Positions 59,751 through 64,000 of a DNA stretch of 64,000 nt are shown here, piece after piece. Every line of letters begins with the position of its first letter. Position 1 is the stretch's first letter. A model generated the notes under the pieces. That model did not search any database, was not told where the DNA came from, and saw only the letters and a list, made by a program, of their open reading frames with translations. Source of the stretch: Eledone cirrhosa (taxonomy: Eukaryota); assembly GCA_964016885.1 (NCBI GenBank), contig OZ024748.1, positions 58,156,001 to 58,220,000 of the forward strand. The letters run 5' to 3'. A program made the translations under genes and the position numbers.

Positions 59751-62030
59751 ACGATCCGGTCTTTGGTGTACCACGACGGGCGCATGCTACTCGATCCCGG
59801 GCAAATATATGAAGCTTTTCAGCGACACTTCGCTCAGCTGTTCGGGGGCAGCGGCGGGCCGGATCGAGGGATGGACTTTAGTGTCTACCTCGAAGGACTG
59901 CCGCGGCTCTCGGCAACTGAGGCGGAGTGTTGCGAAAAGCCGATAACAGCCGCTGAAGTACGGGAGGCAATGACTGGCTGCTCAAGGTGTAAATAGCCTT
60001 GTTTGGATGGTCTGCCCTATGCCTTATACGTACAGATGCCAAACTTGTTCGGAAGCCTCTTGGCGGACGTCTACTGCAACTGGCAACAGAACGGGAGAAT
60101 TCCCAGCTCTGTGAGCCGAGGAGCTTTGGTGCTGCTGGCAAAGGATCCGAACAAGGGGGATAACATAGATAATTTCAGGCCCATAACTGTGTTAAACACA
60201 GAGTTCAAGATTTTGGCCAAGGTGCTAGCAAAGAGGCTGGTGCTTGTCGTTGGTGGTCTGGTTGGAAAGGCGCAGACAAGCGCCATTCCCAAGTGAACGG
60301 TCATCTTTCGGAACCGTTCAACATCATGCTCTCGGCCCGCTAGGGATGTATCCTCTCGTCCCTCTTGTACGTATTGACTCTCGAGCCATTACTACACAAA
60401 CTGGAGACGTTGAGGAGGGTCCCGCGCGCACTAGGATGCGGAAGATCCGTGTCAGCTATGCGCACGATGTCGCCGTAGTGGTGTCGAACGCCAAACACAT
60501 CGAGGCGATCGGCACTACACTAAGAGAATACGAAGCGAGGACAGGAGCAATGATCAACCAGGAAAAGTCAGTGGGTCTGCAGCTCGGCACCTGGAGATGC
60601 AGGACCATGCCGTCCAACAGCGTCGTCGGGCGCTGGACGGACGGACCGGTTAAATTGCTAGGGGTCTGGTTCGGTCCGGACCTCCAGACGGACAAAGACT
60701 GGGACGAGGTGACGAGCAGGGTGGCTTCTTTCACCCAGAAATGGGTGGAGAGGAAGCTATCCCTGAAAGGTCGAGCGGAGTGGCTAGCGCGTAGATTTCG
60801 TCCGTCATCTACTACCGCCTGACCGTCGTACCTTGTCCTAAGACCCACCTGACTGCGCTAGAGCCTTTGCTCTTTCGCTTTTTGTGGAAGGGACGCTCTC
60901 CGATGGTCAGGCGGTCCAGCATGTCAAAAAACACTACGTGGAGGGCTGGGCATGCCGTGGCTGATGATGCGCAGACACGCGCTCAGGCTACGAATCTCCA
61001 CCTCTTCTCGACGGTGATCAGGTGTGGTCGCCGTTTGCTAGACGCGTCTTTCCCCAGCTCGTCTCCTTGACGGAGCTGCAGTCCTGGGTCAAGCGAAGAC
61101 CGAGAGGGAGTGCTTGGAGACTGAATGTCTTCAGGCGCTCACAGCCCTCGGGCAATGTGATCGGTGGAAACTCCACCTTGGTGTTCTATAGAGGATTAGT
61201 GTAGGGGAAGAGCGACGACGTACTTGCGGAAACTCTAGGCGTCGACGAAAATCAACTAGCCAATCTCTTCGGAAGAACTTTCGGGCCGGGGCCTATAGAC
61301 AACTTCCAGAAATCCCTGGCCTGGCAGTACTACCGAGGAGCTTTGCCAGTTCGGGATAAACTCTATAGGCATGGAGGTGCCGTCAGCCGGGCATGTCCGA
61401 GATGCGCGCAGGGCGACGAAACCGTCCTATACGCACTCGTCCAGTGTCCGAGCATTGCTGACTTGTGGGTTTATATCGAACACCTGCTCTCGCGTGTAGG
61501 ACGGATCCAGCTATCAGCTGAGGCCATCGTGAGGATTGCCCCGCCCTCTTTCTTTAGCGGGGAAGGGCAGGCAGTTTTTATCTGTATGGTGGACACGTTT
61601 GAAAGGGCTGAAGACGAGCACTTACCTCTTCGGTGATGCCCTGATTAATTTTTCAAATTTCATTTGAAAAGGAAAATCAGGGTAGAGGGGGAAGTGCTCT
61701 CTTCCCAGCATTTTGTTGAAAGATGGGTGAGAGAGGCAAGAATGGCCCGAGTGAATACTCTGAGTATGTGTCTGTAAATTAAAGGAGAAACACTGGGAGA
61801 GGGCACTTGCTCTGGTGGTCAGGGTCACTGTGGCTTTTTAATGGGCTTTCTCCACGAATGTCCCTCGGAAGTCTCCTCCGTATTGGGGAATTTTTCATTG
61901 TTATTTTTTTGTTACATCCTGTTTTTTTTGTTTTTTTACACGCAGAAATGCCCATTTGTACCGTCCTGTATTTTCCTGTACTGTTCTTAATGTCTACTTT
62001 ATGTAATCCCTTGTGGTTAATAAAGAAAGC
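59751..62030 (+). mobile_element. 5'-truncated, decayed Tx1/L1-clade LINE ORF2
   Basis: PITAAEVREAM...DGLPYALY...DNFRPITVLNTEFKILAKVLAKRL, then VSYAHDV (decayed YADD), KLSLKGRA and a C-terminal CPRC..ETVLYALVQCP (decayed CCHC). It has stops, frameshifts and an RT deletion, and ends AATAAAgaaagc followed by (ATT)n. Confidence 0.92.
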
Positions 62031-63985
62031 ATTATTATTATTATTATTATTTATTTATTACTATTATTGGTCTCATCATCATTGGTCCATTTGTCTTGTG
62101 TTTATTTCGTTTGTTTTCAATGAACGTAGGCGTGCTATGAAATTTTTCATTTACATTAAAAAAAAAACGACATAATGTGCAGTATACTTTTCATTACACT
62201 ATTTATAGGTTTACAACTGGAAAGCTAGAAATTGTTACACAAATTCTGCAGTTACTTTTTATATTCGTGTTCGTGATATTCTATTGGCAATTTCACATGT
62301 GGAACCTTTGATCTTTTACTGCAATTAAAACCAATTTCGACTTTTGAATAACGTGAGTTTCACGCAGTAGCATTTTCTTTTTTTACTGCATCCAATGTAC
62401 ATTGTTTGATGTTGACAACATCCTTCCTTGATAGATGATATATGGAACACCAGCTTAGAATTATGTACTGAAACCTAAATTTGGTGATGTTAAATTGTTG
62501 GTTCTTTTATCACTGTTATATATAGAAATATGTAACGTTAATACTTATATATCTGTTGTTTGCAAGAAGACAAGAAAAGAGTGTTCCATTTTCCGTCCAG
62601 TTATGTGGCTGTTTTTTTACTTCTCTTCAATTATCTTCTTGGTATGTTCTATATTACATACATAATATATAATGTTTATCACTTTGAAATCTGTCGATAA
62701 ATCCTTATTTTTGTAGTATACTTAATATTGTGAGATTTTGGAATTTGCATTCGAAATACAACTATGATTTTATGTGTATTCCTCTCTCGATATACTAAAA
62801 CACTTAGAGTGGATTTCCGAATATTATCACTATATATTATTAATGGTACAATTTCTAACATATTTATGTTTGATTAGTAATTCAATGCATCGTGGTATTC
62901 CTTCATAATATTTACTTTGTGCGTGGTACACTTTCCAGTTCATGAATACAAAATCATTTTCTCGTTTAATTGACATCATGACGCGTGTTTATATTTCTAA
63001 AGGCATAAGAAAGGTGTAGGATTGTTAGAACGTTGGAGAGAATAATTTCCGGTATTAGTTCTGAGATCAAATCACGCCGTTTGAACTCGATAAAACTATA
63101 CCTGTCAATTACTGCGAGCGATTCTCCTATTTCATTTTATTTTCTCTCTCTCGAGATTTCGAGATTCATAAAGAACATATTGAATAAGCTATGCAAAAAT
63201 TATTGTTGGGGTTATTTTCAAGTAATTCTATGCAACATGGTGTTGTTGACCATCCCTTAGAATTTGTTTGTGACATTCCTCTGGTTACACATTTCTTTTA
63301 GATTGGTTTTAGATGTGTTAATAATAAGCAAAAATATTTAGATGAAAAAATGAAGCATCTTGAATTATTTGTTTCATAATTAAGATGCAATTAGATTTTA
63401 GATTTTATATGAAATAAATGTGAGATTATTTTCTGATGTCTCTTCTGTTTAAGAAAGCTGGTTATTACTGAAGTGGCATTATATATTGATAATATACTCA
63501 CAATCAAGATGAGTAAAACCCATGTCATACTCATGCTAATACTTTTCCTTTTATTGTTTTCAGCATTTGCGTTGTAATCCATAATTGATCTTTAACTATA
63601 TATGTGCATCTGCTCGGTATTCCTTGATGTGAGGTTTACCGTCATATCATTTATCTTATATGTTACTATGAAGTAAAGCTTCTGTACATTGTAAATATGT
63701 GCTTGCGGTAACACCATTAACGTTGGTGGAGTCGTTGTTAATAATAATAATAATGATGATAATAACAATCATAATACTGGTGATTATGATGATATGACAA
63801 TAGTTCTAATTAATAATTTAATAATCACGAAATAACTCATCACGCAGTCTTAGTGTAGGACATGTTAATCACAATACGCCCTCACGTTACACGTTACAGA
63901 CTCTACGCATCATTTTCTGTGCCAAGACAACAATAAATATAATAAAACAACACAAGAAATAACAATAAAACCAGTGATTACTTAC

Positions 63986-64000
63986 GAAATCTATGCTTCC
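63986..64000 (-). CDS. Possible 3' end of a minus-strand coding exon at the window edge
   Basis: Minus strand GGAAGCATAGATTTC|GTAAGT: a consensus donor, and one frame reads GSIDF. Only 15 nt are visible. Confidence 0.25.

Overview
AT-rich, repeat-dominated animal genomic DNA, most likely intronic or intergenic. The SINE, LINE and (TA)n landscape resembles a coleoid cephalopod such as Octopus (inference, not a database result). No intact protein-coding gene is visible, and almost all long ORFs are translations of (TA)n/(TATG)n/(GTG)n microsatellites. Recognisable elements are a decayed Penelope-like (PLE) reverse transcriptase, two CR1-type LINE fragments, a Tx1/L1-type LINE, a CRE-type endonuclease remnant, a divergent Helitron pair, hAT- and piggyBac-like MITEs, about 15 tRNA-derived SINE copies and several minisatellites. 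The main observation is about 12 type I hammerhead-ribozyme (HHR) motifs from several unrelated sequence families. Most sit in short non-coding modules (HHR, often AATAAA, short tail) that end in or near (TA)n arrays. In at least five cases the module is paired with an inverted copy of its own tail, giving fold-backs of up to 160 bp per arm. Two HHRs carry the compensatory U3:A8 core. This suggests a (TA)n-targeted PLE/retrozyme-like system. All pairings were read by eye; no folding or searches were run.
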